Positions 48,434 through 56,514 are shown, counted from the first letter of the stretch. The stretch: 64,000 nucleotides of DNA from an uncultured Salinisphaerales bacterium (GCA_913055805.1 CAJXLF010000014.1:2326-66325); one strand, 5' to 3'. Notes: a model not told the origin generated them from the sequence alone. Program-made: numbers and translations.

Positions 48434-48990
48434 ATGAATTCAGGGTGGAGGCCGGTTGGTTGCAGGCCGTGCGGCATGTGCAGTCACCGAATTACGATGA
48501 GCGGCCGCCGGGTAGCCCGATCGACTTGCTGGTGATTCACGGCATCAGTCTGCCGCCCGATGAATTCGGCGGACCCTGGATAGATGCGCTGTTCACCAAC
48601 CGTCTGGATCCGGAGGCGCATCCCTATTTTGCCGAAATTGCAGGACTGGAGGTTTCGGCGCATGTGCTGATTCGTCGTGATGGCGAAGTGGTGCAGTATG
48701 TGTCGTTCGACAATCGTGCATGGCACGCGGGAAAATCCTGTTTTGAGGGGCGCGAGCGCTGCAATGATTTCGCCATTGGTATTGAACTGGAGGGCACCGA
48801 CGAGCGGGCCTATGAACCGGTACAATACGCACAATTGGCTGCGGTGACTCGCGCCCTGCAGGTCGCCTATCCCGGTATTACCAGGGAGCATATTGTCGGG
48901 CACAGCGATATAGCACCAGGCCGCAAAACCGACCCCGGCCCCGGATTTGACTGGGAGCGTTATAGAAAAATGCTGGAGAATGACCAATGA
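48430..48990 (+). CDS. ampD: 1,6-anhydro-N-acetylmuramyl-L-alanine amidase AmpD
   Basis: Amidase_2 motifs SPNYDERP, AWHAG and GHSDIAPGRKTDPG. ATGA overlap with the OPT stop. Confidence 0.9.
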   Translation: MNEFRVEAGWLQAVRHVQSPNYDERPPGSPIDLLVIHGISLPPDEFGGPWIDALFTNRLDPEAHPYFAEIAGLEVSAHVLIRRDGEVVQYVSFDNRAWHAGKSCFEGRERCNDFAIGIELEGTDERAYEPVQYAQLAAVTRALQVAYPGITREHIVGHSDIAPGRKTDPGPGFDWERYRKMLENDQ

Positions 48991-49871
48991 CATTAATCGG
49001 CATACTGGTAGCCCTGTTGGTCGAGCGTGCGCTCAGCCATGTCAGGGAGTGGCGTGAGCATGCCTGGTATAGCCGCTATGTGGACTGGCTGGCTGGGCAA
49101 TCCTGGGCGCGCTGGGTCTGGGAGACCCCTTGGGGTTTGCTGATGCTGATAGCTGCGCCCCTGTCCGTGGTTGCTCTGCTACAGGGACTGTTCGATGGCG
49201 GCGTGCTGGAGCTGCTGGGTCTTGTTTTCTCTATTCTGGTGCTGATTTTCTGTCTTGGGCCTCGGGATCTGGGCGAGGAGGTTAACGCTTATCTTCGCGC
49301 CAGCGAGAACGGCGACCAGGCGCAGATGGAAGAGATTGCCAGGGACCTGGGCGTCGCGCCGGCGACGGGCAGGGGTGGACGCTCTCAGTCACTGGTGACT
49401 GCAGTGGTGGTGCAACAGCACGAGCGTGTGCTGGCAGTGCTGTTCTGGTTCTACTTGCTGGGGCCGGTGGGTGCAGTGTTCTATCGTTTTGCCGCAGGCT
49501 TGCCAGGGTTGCTTGAGCGCCGCGATTGTTCCATGGATTTACTGGAAATGACCCGCAGATTGCATGCCGTGCTGGCCTGGTTGCCCGCGCGCGCGGTCGC
49601 CGGGCTCTATATGCTTGCGGGCAGTACAGATGATGCCCTGGCCAACTGGAAATCAGCCCATGACGAGCCCCTGGAAGACTGGGGCGAGCAGACCTGGCGG
49701 CTGCTCGCCGAAGTGGGGTGTGGCGCCATGCAGATTGAAGATGGTAATAACCGTCCGGTCGATATGGACACCGCCGAAAGCCTGCAGGAAGCGCTGGCTC
49801 TGGTGCGAAGGGCACTCTTGCTGGCGCTCGGCGTGCTGGCGGCTTTTACCCTGGGTGGCTGGCTGGTCTGA
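48987..49871 (+). CDS. ampE: AmpE-like inner membrane regulatory protein
   Basis: MTLIGILVALLVERALSH... and membrane topology. ATGA overlap with ampD. Confidence 0.75.
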   Translation: MTLIGILVALLVERALSHVREWREHAWYSRYVDWLAGQSWARWVWETPWGLLMLIAAPLSVVALLQGLFDGGVLELLGLVFSILVLIFCLGPRDLGEEVNAYLRASENGDQAQMEEIARDLGVAPATGRGGRSQSLVTAVVVQQHERVLAVLFWFYLLGPVGAVFYRFAAGLPGLLERRDCSMDLLEMTRRLHAVLAWLPARAVAGLYMLAGSTDDALANWKSAHDEPLEDWGEQTWRLLAEVGCGAMQIEDGNNRPVDMDTAESLQEALALVRRALLLALGVLAAFTLGGWLV

Positions 49872-49907
49872 GCCTTTGAATCCCATTTGATTTAGACAGG
49901 ACAATAA

Positions 49908-50696
49908 ATGTCACAGGACATGCCTTTGAGCAGTCTGCTTGAGACTGCGCAAAAAGCGGCCCGTGCCGCAGAACAGATTATTCGCAAATATTACGAGACC
50001 GATCTTGCTGTCACAGTGAAGTCAGACAACAGCCCGGTGACGGAGGCGGACGTACAAAGCGAGGCCGCCATAAAGGAAGTGCTGTCCGCGGCTTTTCCGG
50101 ATCACGGGTTTTACGGTGAGGAACTCGGTCAGCAGTCCATGGACGCTGACTACATCTGGTTGATTGACCCGATTGATGGCACCAAGAGTTTCGTGCGCCG
50201 CTACCCCTTCTTTTCCACCCAGATCGCCTTGATGCACAAGGGTGAACTGGTGCTGGGCGTGTCCAATGCACCAGCCTTCAACGGCAGCCAGGGCGAAATG
50301 GCCTGGGCGGCCAAAGGGCAGGGCGCCTGGCTCAACGGCAACCCCGTCAGGGTGAGCGATGTCGATAGTCTGGCACAGGCCACGTTGTCGACCGGTAATA
50401 TCGCGAGCCTGGCGCGCTCGGAGCGCTGGGGGCGTCTGGGCGTATTGATTCCGCAGGTGCACCGCATCCGTGGCTACGGCGATTTCTACCATTACCATCT
50501 GCTGGCGTCGGGCTGCATCGACGTGGTGGTGGAGTCCGACGTGAATATTCTGGATATTGCCGCGCTCACCGTGATTCTGCGCGAGGCCGGCGGCGACATC
50601 ACCAATCTGGAAGGCGAACCGGTGGGTCTGGAAACCACCAGCGTGCTGGCTACCAACGGCCGGCTGCGCAAGGCGGTAGTGGATATCCTGGGTTAG
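49908..50696 (+). CDS. Inositol monophosphatase family protein (possibly histidinol-phosphatase HisN)
   Basis: Motifs PVTEAD, GEELG and WLIDPIDGTKSF. Confidence 0.8.
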   Translation: MSQDMPLSSLLETAQKAARAAEQIIRKYYETDLAVTVKSDNSPVTEADVQSEAAIKEVLSAAFPDHGFYGEELGQQSMDADYIWLIDPIDGTKSFVRRYPFFSTQIALMHKGELVLGVSNAPAFNGSQGEMAWAAKGQGAWLNGNPVRVSDVDSLAQATLSTGNIASLARSERWGRLGVLIPQVHRIRGYGDFYHYHLLASGCIDVVVESDVNILDIAALTVILREAGGDITNLEGEPVGLETTSVLATNGRLRKAVVDILG

Positions 50697-50713
50697 GCGC
50701 AGGGAGCACATCA

Positions 50714-51481
50714 ATGTTCGAATGGATATACATGCCCGAAGCCTGGGCGGCGCTGGCCACCCTGACGCTGCTGGAAATCGTGCTGGGCATAGACAACATC
50801 ATTTTTATCTCCATTCTGGTGGGGCGCCTGCCCGAGCATCAGCGCCGCCGCGGCCGGCTGATCGGGCTGAGTCTGGCCATGCTGACCCGCATCTTGCTGC
50901 TGTTCTCGCTGACCTGGGTGATGGGCCTGACCGCGCCCTGGTTCACTGTGCTGGGCGAGGAAATCTCCGGGCGCGATCTGATTCTGCTGGGCGGCGGCCT
51001 GTTCCTGCTGGGCAAAAGCTCGCTGGAAATCCATCATGCGCTGGAAGGTGAGGCCGACAGCGGCAGAGCCGGCGGCAGTGCCAATTTCTATTCCATTCTG
51101 ATTCAGATCGCCGTGATCGATATCGTCTTTTCGCTGGATTCGGTGATCACCGCGGTCGGTCTGGCCGAGCATCTGGCGGTGATGGTGGTGGCTATTGTGA
51201 TTTCGGTGGGTGTGATGATGGCGGCTGCAGGCTCTATTAGTGCTTTTGTTGACCGTCATCCGACCATCAAGATGCTGGCGCTGAGTTTCCTGATCCTGAT
51301 CGGTTGCATGCTGGTAGGCGAAAGCCTGGACCTGCATGTGCCCAAGGGTTACATCTACTTCGCCATGGCATTCTCGGTGTCGGTGGAGATGCTCAACATT
51401 CGTATTCGCAGCAAACGCAAGGTGGAGCCGGTGCACTTGCGCAAAGCACTGAAGACTGAAGATCAAGCGGTGCAGAAGTAG
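50714..51481 (+). CDS. TerC family integral membrane protein
   Basis: LEIVLGIDNIIFISIL and a second LDSVITAVG repeat. AGGGAG SD. Confidence 0.85.
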   Translation: MFEWIYMPEAWAALATLTLLEIVLGIDNIIFISILVGRLPEHQRRRGRLIGLSLAMLTRILLLFSLTWVMGLTAPWFTVLGEEISGRDLILLGGGLFLLGKSSLEIHHALEGEADSGRAGGSANFYSILIQIAVIDIVFSLDSVITAVGLAEHLAVMVVAIVISVGVMMAAAGSISAFVDRHPTIKMLALSFLILIGCMLVGESLDLHVPKGYIYFAMAFSVSVEMLNIRIRSKRKVEPVHLRKALKTEDQAVQK

Positions 51482-51511
51482 CGTTGCTGAACCAGTGCTT
51501 GCATTGGCGCA

Positions 51512-51609
51512 CTGTGGCGCACATGCTCTCGAAATGCTGCAAGTACGTCCCTGTACCCTCCGTTGGTGACGTCCATGTCGCCAACGGTTCGAGAGCAGGC
51601 ACACCACAG
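51512..51609. other. ~100-nt structured intergenic element (long imperfect inverted repeat enclosing an 11-bp hairpin)
   Basis: Arms CTGTGGCGCACATGCTCTCGAA (51512-33) and TTCGAGAGCAGGCACACCACAG (51588-609) pair at 18 of 22 positions. Inner hairpin CCGTTGGTGAC-gtccat-GTCGCCAACGG (51560-87). No U-tract. Confidence 0.3.
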
Positions 51610-51679
51610 TGCTCGGTCTGGCGGCTGGCTTGCTTTGCGACCGTTGCCGGCAGGGTGCTTGGGATGAGCTCCCTGGCAG

Positions 51680-52411
51680 TTAGCTAAGACTGTCGCGCAG
51701 GACTTCCGGAAATTCCTCGCCACGCAGACTGACCACCGGCCAGCCATGGGTGCGCGCCGTACCTTCCAGCTGCGGGTCGGGATCGACCGCCACCGGATAA
51801 TCTACTTCCCTGAGCAGCGGCAGGTCATTGTGCGAGTCGCTGTAGAACCAGCAGCAGCCGGGTTGGCGGCCCTGTTCCTCGAGCCAGAGGTGCAGGCGTT
51901 TGATCTTGCCGTCCTGGAAGCAGGGAATGCCGGCGATTTCTCCGGTGTAGCGGCCGTCGCGGATTTCCGGGTCGGTCGCCAGCAGGGTTTCAATGCCCAG
52001 CATGTCGGCAATGGGTTCGGTCACGAAACGGTTGGTGGCGGTGAGAATCAACGGAACATGTCCGGCATCGCGATGCGTCTGAATCAACGCTGCGCTGTGT
52101 GTTGCCACGATCGGGCGGATTTTTTCCTGCACGAATTCAGCGCGCCAGCCCGCCAGTTTTTGCGGGTCATGCTGTGTCAGTGGCGTGAGGCTGAAGCGCA
52201 GAAAGTCATAAATATCCAGTTCACCGGCCTTGTATTGCTCGTAGTAGCGGCGGTTTTCGCGTTGGTAACCGGGGCCGTCGACGATGCCGCGTTCCACCAG
52301 AAACTGGCCCCAGAGGTAGTCGCTATCCCCGGCCAGCAGGGTATTGTCCAGGTCAAAAATGGCCAGCGGCGCTTCACGCGACGGGCTGCTTGGATCAGTC
52401 TGTGTATTCAT
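51680..52411 (-). CDS. HAD-IB family hydrolase (SerB-like)
   Basis: FDLDNTLL motif I and HAD-IB cap. Divergent from rppH, as in pseudomonads. ATG 52411 is preferred to the TTG at 52420. Confidence 0.75.
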   Translation of the reverse strand: MNTQTDPSSPSREAPLAIFDLDNTLLAGDSDYLWGQFLVERGIVDGPGYQRENRRYYEQYKAGELDIYDFLRFSLTPLTQHDPQKLAGWRAEFVQEKIRPIVATHSAALIQTHRDAGHVPLILTATNRFVTEPIADMLGIETLLATDPEIRDGRYTGEIAGIPCFQDGKIKRLHLWLEEQGRQPGCCWFYSDSHNDLPLLREVDYPVAVDPDPQLEGTARTHGWPVVSLRGEEFPEVLRDSLS

Positions 52412-52525
52412 GGCGCGCAAAGCATACGTGAAAGCCGGGTGGCCGGACAGTAGAAGGCGAGCTTGCCGTGCCGGGGCAGATGGCCCAAACTTCCTGTTAG
52501 TTAAAGATTAGGCATTTTTCGAGCC

Positions 52526-53092
52526 ATGATTGATTCGGACGGCTTTCGGCTCAATGTCGGCATTATCCTGAGTAATGAAGAGGGTAAGCTTCTTTGGGCC
52601 AAGCGCATCGGGCAAAACGCCTGGCAGTTCCCTCAGGGGGGTATGCAGGAGGGTGAAACACCCGAGGACGCCTTGTACCGCGAACTCGAAGAGGAAGTCG
52701 GCCTCATGCCCGAGCATGTTGAAGTGCTCGGTAGCACCGAACGCTGGCTGAGGTATCGCCTGCCGCGGCGATTTATCCGTCGCGGCAAGAAGCCTCTGTG
52801 CATTGGGCAGAAGCAGAAATGGTTCATGCTGAAGCTGATTGCCGATGAACAGAATTTGCGCTTCGATAGCACCAGCAAGCCGGAATTCGACGGCTGGCGC
52901 TGGGTTGAGTACTGGCATCCGGTGCGCGAGGTGGTTTTTTTCAAGCGTGAGGTCTACCGTCGAGCCTTGCAGGAACTGGTCACCCACATGCCGCCGGCGG
53001 TGCGCCGTAGCGGGCCACGCCGGAAAGCGCGTAATTGCTTCAAACCCCTGAATCAACGGGCGCGCAGATCGGATTCCGCGCGTTCTACCTGA
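52526..53092 (+). CDS. rppH: RNA pyrophosphohydrolase RppH (NudH)
   Basis: Nudix box [23 protein letters not shown]. Confidence 0.9.
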   Translation: MIDSDGFRLNVGIILSNEEGKLLWAKRIGQNAWQFPQGGMQEGETPEDALYRELEEEVGLMPEHVEVLGSTERWLRYRLPRRFIRRGKKPLCIGQKQKWFMLKLIADEQNLRFDSTSKPEFDGWRWVEYWHPVREVVFFKREVYRRALQELVTHMPPAVRRSGPRRKARNCFKPLNQRARRSDSARST

Positions 53093-53893
53093 CTAATCAT
53101 CGTGCCGGCTATGCAGACGGCGAAGACGCCGTCGCCGGCTGCGCTGGAATCTGAGCCATAACCACAGGCCGGTGATACCCAGAAGCACGAAAATCACGGC
53201 CATGGCATCCATAAGCCAGACCCCCATGTGACCGAATAGCCGGCCACTATGTGCATCCAGAATCAATCGCTCCCAGTTCAATGCCTGATACCTGGCCTGC
53301 TCAACGAGTTTGCGGGTCAGTTCCGGGGGCAGTTCGGAGCTGTGGTATTGCACTTCAATACTGCGGGTTGCCGGTTGCCAGTCAGGCCAGTTGGCGGCCA
53401 GCGGGTCTGCAGAAAACAGCCCGCGTTCAGTTGCCAGCAGTAGATTCCCACTCTCTGATGCAACGGCAGTTATGCGCCCTGGCAGATCGAGTCCCTGCAA
53501 CTGGTCCAGTACTTCCGCCTTGTCATTCAGCAGCCACAGAGACTCGCGGCTGGCTGCCGCCCAGAGCAGACCAAGGCGGGTGAAGCCGACAGGGGGTGTG
53601 CCCTGGCCGATCAATTGCTCGTTGAGATAAAGATGGCCATCGACGTGACTCAGCCAGTGCTGTTCCAGTCGCAAACCGGTTTGTGGGGGCTGCGGTTGAA
53701 TGCCGTAATGAGACTGTAGCCAGTGCCATTCTGCGCCAAGTTGGTCGAGTTTCAGTTGATGGCTGTGTTGCAGGAGGATGCCGCTGAAGGCAAGCCAGAT
53801 CACAAACAGGGCACTGATGATACCCAGCCAGCGATGCCAGCGATAAAGCGAGCGCAGTTGTTTGCTCAGTGGCTTGGGGCCGCGCCGTGTCAT
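53093..53893 (-). CDS. PepSY-associated TM helix protein (putative membrane reductase subunit)
   Basis: LYRWHRWLGIISALFVIWLAFSG N-terminal helix and C-terminal HSGRLFGHMGVWLMD... helix with conserved His residues. ATGA overlap with the upstream FMN-binding gene. Confidence 0.65.
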   Translation of the reverse strand: MTRRGPKPLSKQLRSLYRWHRWLGIISALFVIWLAFSGILLQHSHQLKLDQLGAEWHWLQSHYGIQPQPPQTGLRLEQHWLSHVDGHLYLNEQLIGQGTPPVGFTRLGLLWAAASRESLWLLNDKAEVLDQLQGLDLPGRITAVASESGNLLLATERGLFSADPLAANWPDWQPATRSIEVQYHSSELPPELTRKLVEQARYQALNWERLILDAHSGRLFGHMGVWLMDAMAVIFVLLGITGLWLWLRFQRSRRRRLRRLHSRHDD

Positions 53894-54471
53894 GAGCTAC
53901 TCGCGCGGTTGCGGCTGGATACTGTGGCAGACTCGTCATTGACGTGTCTGTGGTAAATCAGCGCCAGCCGGGCAAGTTTGCGCATTGCGTTGACTGATAG
54001 AGTGGCGCCGGAAATGCCGTCGATAGTCCGGTCCAGATTCAGGTCGCTGTCGATGGTTGCATTATCAAATTGTGCCGTGAACTGCGGGTAGCGGATTTCC
54101 CAGCCCCGGCTCTCGCGAAAAACCAGTACGCGCGTGTCTATGAGACGGTCGTCTTCCACGACAAAGCCGGCGGTTATTGGTTCTTCTTTACCGATTTCTT
54201 CCAGAATCCAGATGCTGCGACTACCGCTTTGCCAATAGCGCTGACGCAAAGCCAGGGGCCTGTGACCGAGGATGGTTTCGGTTTGAGCTCGCAGATCACC
54301 GGTAATCCACAGACTTTTGGCGTCTCCGGCCTGAGGCAGTTGCTGCGCAACATAGGCCTCAGGCTCAAGATATACCTGCTCCGCCCAAACCGGGGCGCAA
54401 CCCAGCAGGAGCAGGGCTGCAAGCGGGTTGCGCAGGTAAGGCAAGATTGTTCCGGACCAGGCTGTGGGCAT
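53890..54471 (-). CDS. Periplasmic FMN-binding domain protein with flavinylation motif
   Basis: Signal peptide. The C-terminal DGISGATLS matches the ApbE-type covalent FMN attachment motif (D..SGAT). Confidence 0.7.
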   Translation of the reverse strand: MPTAWSGTILPYLRNPLAALLLLGCAPVWAEQVYLEPEAYVAQQLPQAGDAKSLWITGDLRAQTETILGHRPLALRQRYWQSGSRSIWILEEIGKEEPITAGFVVEDDRLIDTRVLVFRESRGWEIRYPQFTAQFDNATIDSDLNLDRTIDGISGATLSVNAMRKLARLALIYHRHVNDESATVSSRNRASSS

Positions 54472-54481
54472 TATTCGCTCA

Positions 54482-54513
54482 AATAAAAAAGGTGCGCCAT
54501 GCAGCGCACCTTT
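54482..54513 (-). terminator. Rho-independent terminator after porin gene
   Basis: Minus strand reads GGTGCGC-tgcatg-GCGCACC followed by TTTTTTATTT. Confidence 0.7.
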
Positions 54514-54537
54514 AATGATAGTGAGAATGAGTTAGAT

Positions 54538-55761
54538 TTAGAACTGGTAGCCAACACCCAGATTGAAACCGTTACGATCTTGTCCGTTTTCATTGTCCTG
54601 GCTCTGGTAGTCAGCCTTGAGCACTACGTTCTGGTGTAGCCACCAGTTCACGCCGACATCCCATTGTTTCTTTTCGCTGTCGATACTGTCGTCACCGGCT
54701 TGGTTATCCCAGACGTTATAACGTGTGAACAGTCCCACGGTTGGCGTGACTTTCCAGGAGGGCTCGATATAGAAGCCTTCCTGGGTATCGGCGCCATTGG
54801 CATCCGCCGCGCTACCCTTGATGTCCCACATTGCATACAGGGCGCGCAGGCCGAAGGGGCCGCGTGTAAATACGGCATGGGCCTCGTACAGGTGGCCGGC
54901 GTCGACGTTATCGCCACTTTGCTGCGTGATATCAGACTGGTACTGATAAGTACCGGCAATTTCCAGACCCGGCATGCCGGTCCATTTCAGGCGGGAAGTA
55001 AATGCCAGATCCTTGGCGTCGGCCTCCGCTGTTTTCTGGCGGCCGCCACGGACCGCAATACTGCCCGTAGGATCAACTTTGAGGCCTTCATGAATAGCCC
55101 CGTCCCAGGTCCAGCCATCGGCCACGCGCCAGGTCAGCCCGGCGCCGCCGGCCCACCAGGTAGTGGGAATGATGGCGTTTTCCACCGGGTTGCGTTCCAC
55201 GCCATAGAAGGTCGGCGGCTCGTGGGTTTCATTGAGAATGCCCACGGGCAGCAGGAACAGACCGCCGCGTGCAGTGAGCTGGTAGTTGACGTCATATTCG
55301 ATGTAGGCCTGTTCAAGTTCCACCTCGCCTGGACCGCTGCCATCGTCGGTGTCCTTGGTAAGTGCGTGTTCGAGTTCCAGTTCCGAGAAGAAACGCAGAC
55401 GATCGGTGAATTGATGGCTGAAGAACAATACAAAACGATGAAAGTCGATGCGGTCCAGGTCACTGGCGCCGCCTTCACCGTCCAGATTGTTGTAATGCAG
55501 TTCGCCATAGCCGCCGATGTCGGTTCGCTCGGCCCAGGAAAGCTTTTTGCTCTGCTCGGCCTGTTCATCGGCGATGACTTCGATTTGTTCCTGCTGCTGG
55601 GTCTGCTGCTCAGCGATTTGCGCCTTCAGGGCTTCCAGTTGGGCCTCCAGCGCCTGGATGCGCCGATTCAGGTCGTCAGAGGCCGAGGCGCCGGGTGTGG
55701 TGACTAGCAGAATGCCTGCAATGAGGCTGTAAACAGCGGTGTGCTGCAGTTTGAATTGCAT
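54538..55761 (-). CDS. Outer membrane beta-barrel porin with N-terminal coiled coil
   Basis: Signal peptide ...PGASA, coiled coil RIQALEAQLEALKAQIAEQQ, alternating beta-strand pattern, and C-terminal LGVGYQF. GGGAGAG SD upstream of ATG 55761. Confidence 0.65.
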   Translation of the reverse strand: MQFKLQHTAVYSLIAGILLVTTPGASASDDLNRRIQALEAQLEALKAQIAEQQTQQQEQIEVIADEQAEQSKKLSWAERTDIGGYGELHYNNLDGEGGASDLDRIDFHRFVLFFSHQFTDRLRFFSELELEHALTKDTDDGSGPGEVELEQAYIEYDVNYQLTARGGLFLLPVGILNETHEPPTFYGVERNPVENAIIPTTWWAGGAGLTWRVADGWTWDGAIHEGLKVDPTGSIAVRGGRQKTAEADAKDLAFTSRLKWTGMPGLEIAGTYQYQSDITQQSGDNVDAGHLYEAHAVFTRGPFGLRALYAMWDIKGSAADANGADTQEGFYIEPSWKVTPTVGLFTRYNVWDNQAGDDSIDSEKKQWDVGVNWWLHQNVVLKADYQSQDNENGQDRNGFNLGVGYQF

Positions 55762-55846
55762 GAACTCTCCCTTGGCGCAAAGGCCTGTGTTTATCGTATC
55801 CACGGCCCTCTACCGTGGTGGCTCGTGATATTACGCCTATGATAAA

Positions 55847-55865
55847 GATGGCGCAAATCATTCTC
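55847..55865. promoter_or_regulatory. Fur-box-like operator upstream of porin gene
   Basis: GATGGCGCAAATCATTCTC matches GATAATGATAATCATTATC at 13/19 by hand. It shares AATCATTCTCATT(C/T)GCG with the bfd box and lies ~90 nt upstream of ATG 55761. Confidence 0.45.
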
Positions 55866-55967
55866 ATTCGCGCAAATTCTGTGCTGAGCAGGCCGAGGTG
55901 GAGTGCCCTGACTGTGCTCGAAAGCCTTTTATTTCAAGCGTTGTGGGCAAGAGGGAAAATTATATTT

Positions 55968-55986
55968 GCAAATAAGAATCATTATC
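55968..55986. promoter_or_regulatory. Fur box overlapping an orphan plus-strand promoter
   Basis: GCAAATAAGAATCATTATC matches the Fur consensus at 15/19 by hand. It sits between a putative -35 TTGCAA (55966-71) and -10 TAGTCT (55990-95). Confidence 0.6.
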
Positions 55987-55999
55987 GTTTAGTCTGTGT

Positions 56000-56097
56000 T
56001 GGCTGGCTCCTTATGCAGCATTTGCGTTGGCGCAGATGTGGAGTCATGCGTTTCTCTCCGAAACCTTGCCGGGCGGTGTTGCCGCCCGGTTTTTTTT
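56000..56097 (+). ncRNA. Candidate Fur-regulated small RNA (RyhB/PrrF functional analogue); 5' end approximate
   Basis: A Fur-boxed promoter upstream and a strong intrinsic terminator at 56069-56097, with no ORF in between. C/U-rich stretches (GGCTCCTTA, TTTCTCTCC) could act as anti-SD seeds. Located next to bfd-bfr. Confidence 0.45.
56069..56097 (+). terminator. Orphan rho-independent terminator
   Basis: CCGGGCGG-tgttg-CCGCCCGG followed by eight T. There is no upstream plus-strand CDS to terminate. Confidence 0.8.
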
Positions 56098-56122
56098 GGC
56101 TAGCGGGGGGCTGTCCATGTCT

Positions 56123-56141
56123 ATGATTGACAATCATTCTC
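56123..56141. promoter_or_regulatory. Fur box overlapping the bfd promoter
   Basis: ATGATTGACAATCATTCTC (13/19 by hand) contains a consensus -35 TTGACA (56127-32), ~50 nt upstream of bfd ATG. Confidence 0.55.
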
Positions 56142-56191
56142 ATTTGCGTTTAACTGGCAACATCTGCATAACCGCTGGCGTGGTGCCACAC

Positions 56192-56416
56192 ATGTATGTA
56201 TGTCTTTGCAATGCTGTCACTGACCGGAAAATCCGCGAAGCCGTGGGTGAGGGTTGTTGCAGCATGCGTGACCTGCAGACTACGCTCGGCGTTGCCGCCC
56301 GTTGCGGCAAGTGTGCCTCCAGTGCGCGCGATGTGCTGGTTGATGCTTTGCATGAAAAAGCGGCACATGTCCAGACGTCTAACGTGACGCCTATTCGCAA
56401 TCGCACTGCAGCCTGA
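56192..56416 (+). CDS. bfd: Bacterioferritin-associated ferredoxin
   Basis: MYVCLCNAVTDRKIREAV...CGKC [2Fe-2S] BFD motif, closely parallel to E. coli Bfd. The track ORF start at 56027 is an extension. Confidence 0.85.
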   Translation: MYVCLCNAVTDRKIREAVGEGCCSMRDLQTTLGVAARCGKCASSARDVLVDALHEKAAHVQTSNVTPIRNRTAA

Positions 56417-56495
56417 CAAACCCGTCAGGGAACGCTAATCCTTCATAGTCGAGTTTTTACGGCTGAGCAGCCGGACGGATTCTGTGTGTCAGAAT

Positions 56496-56514
56496 GGCAA
56501 TGCGAATCACTCTC
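56496..56514. promoter_or_regulatory. Weaker Fur-box-like site upstream of bfr promoter
   Basis: GGCAATGCGAATCACTCTC (13/19 by hand) lies ~60-80 nt upstream of a putative -10 TATACT (56576-81). Confidence 0.3.

Noticed and set aside
50697-50713. Possible yybP-ykoY (Mn) riboswitch upstream of the TerC-family gene.
   Set aside because: Only 17 nt separate it from the preceding gene, so there is no room for a riboswitch.
51484-51687. 67-aa ORF (and a 69-aa ORF on the opposite strand) in the terC/HAD spacer.
   Set aside because: No SD, Cys/Arg/Val-rich improbable composition, and it coincides with the inverted-repeat structure. More likely non-coding.
56056-56060. Base-pairing between the candidate sRNA (CTCCG) and the bfr SD (CGGAG at 56606-56610).
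   Set aside because: Only 5 contiguous pairs with mismatches on both sides, which is not distinguishable from chance. A computational search is needed to assign targets.
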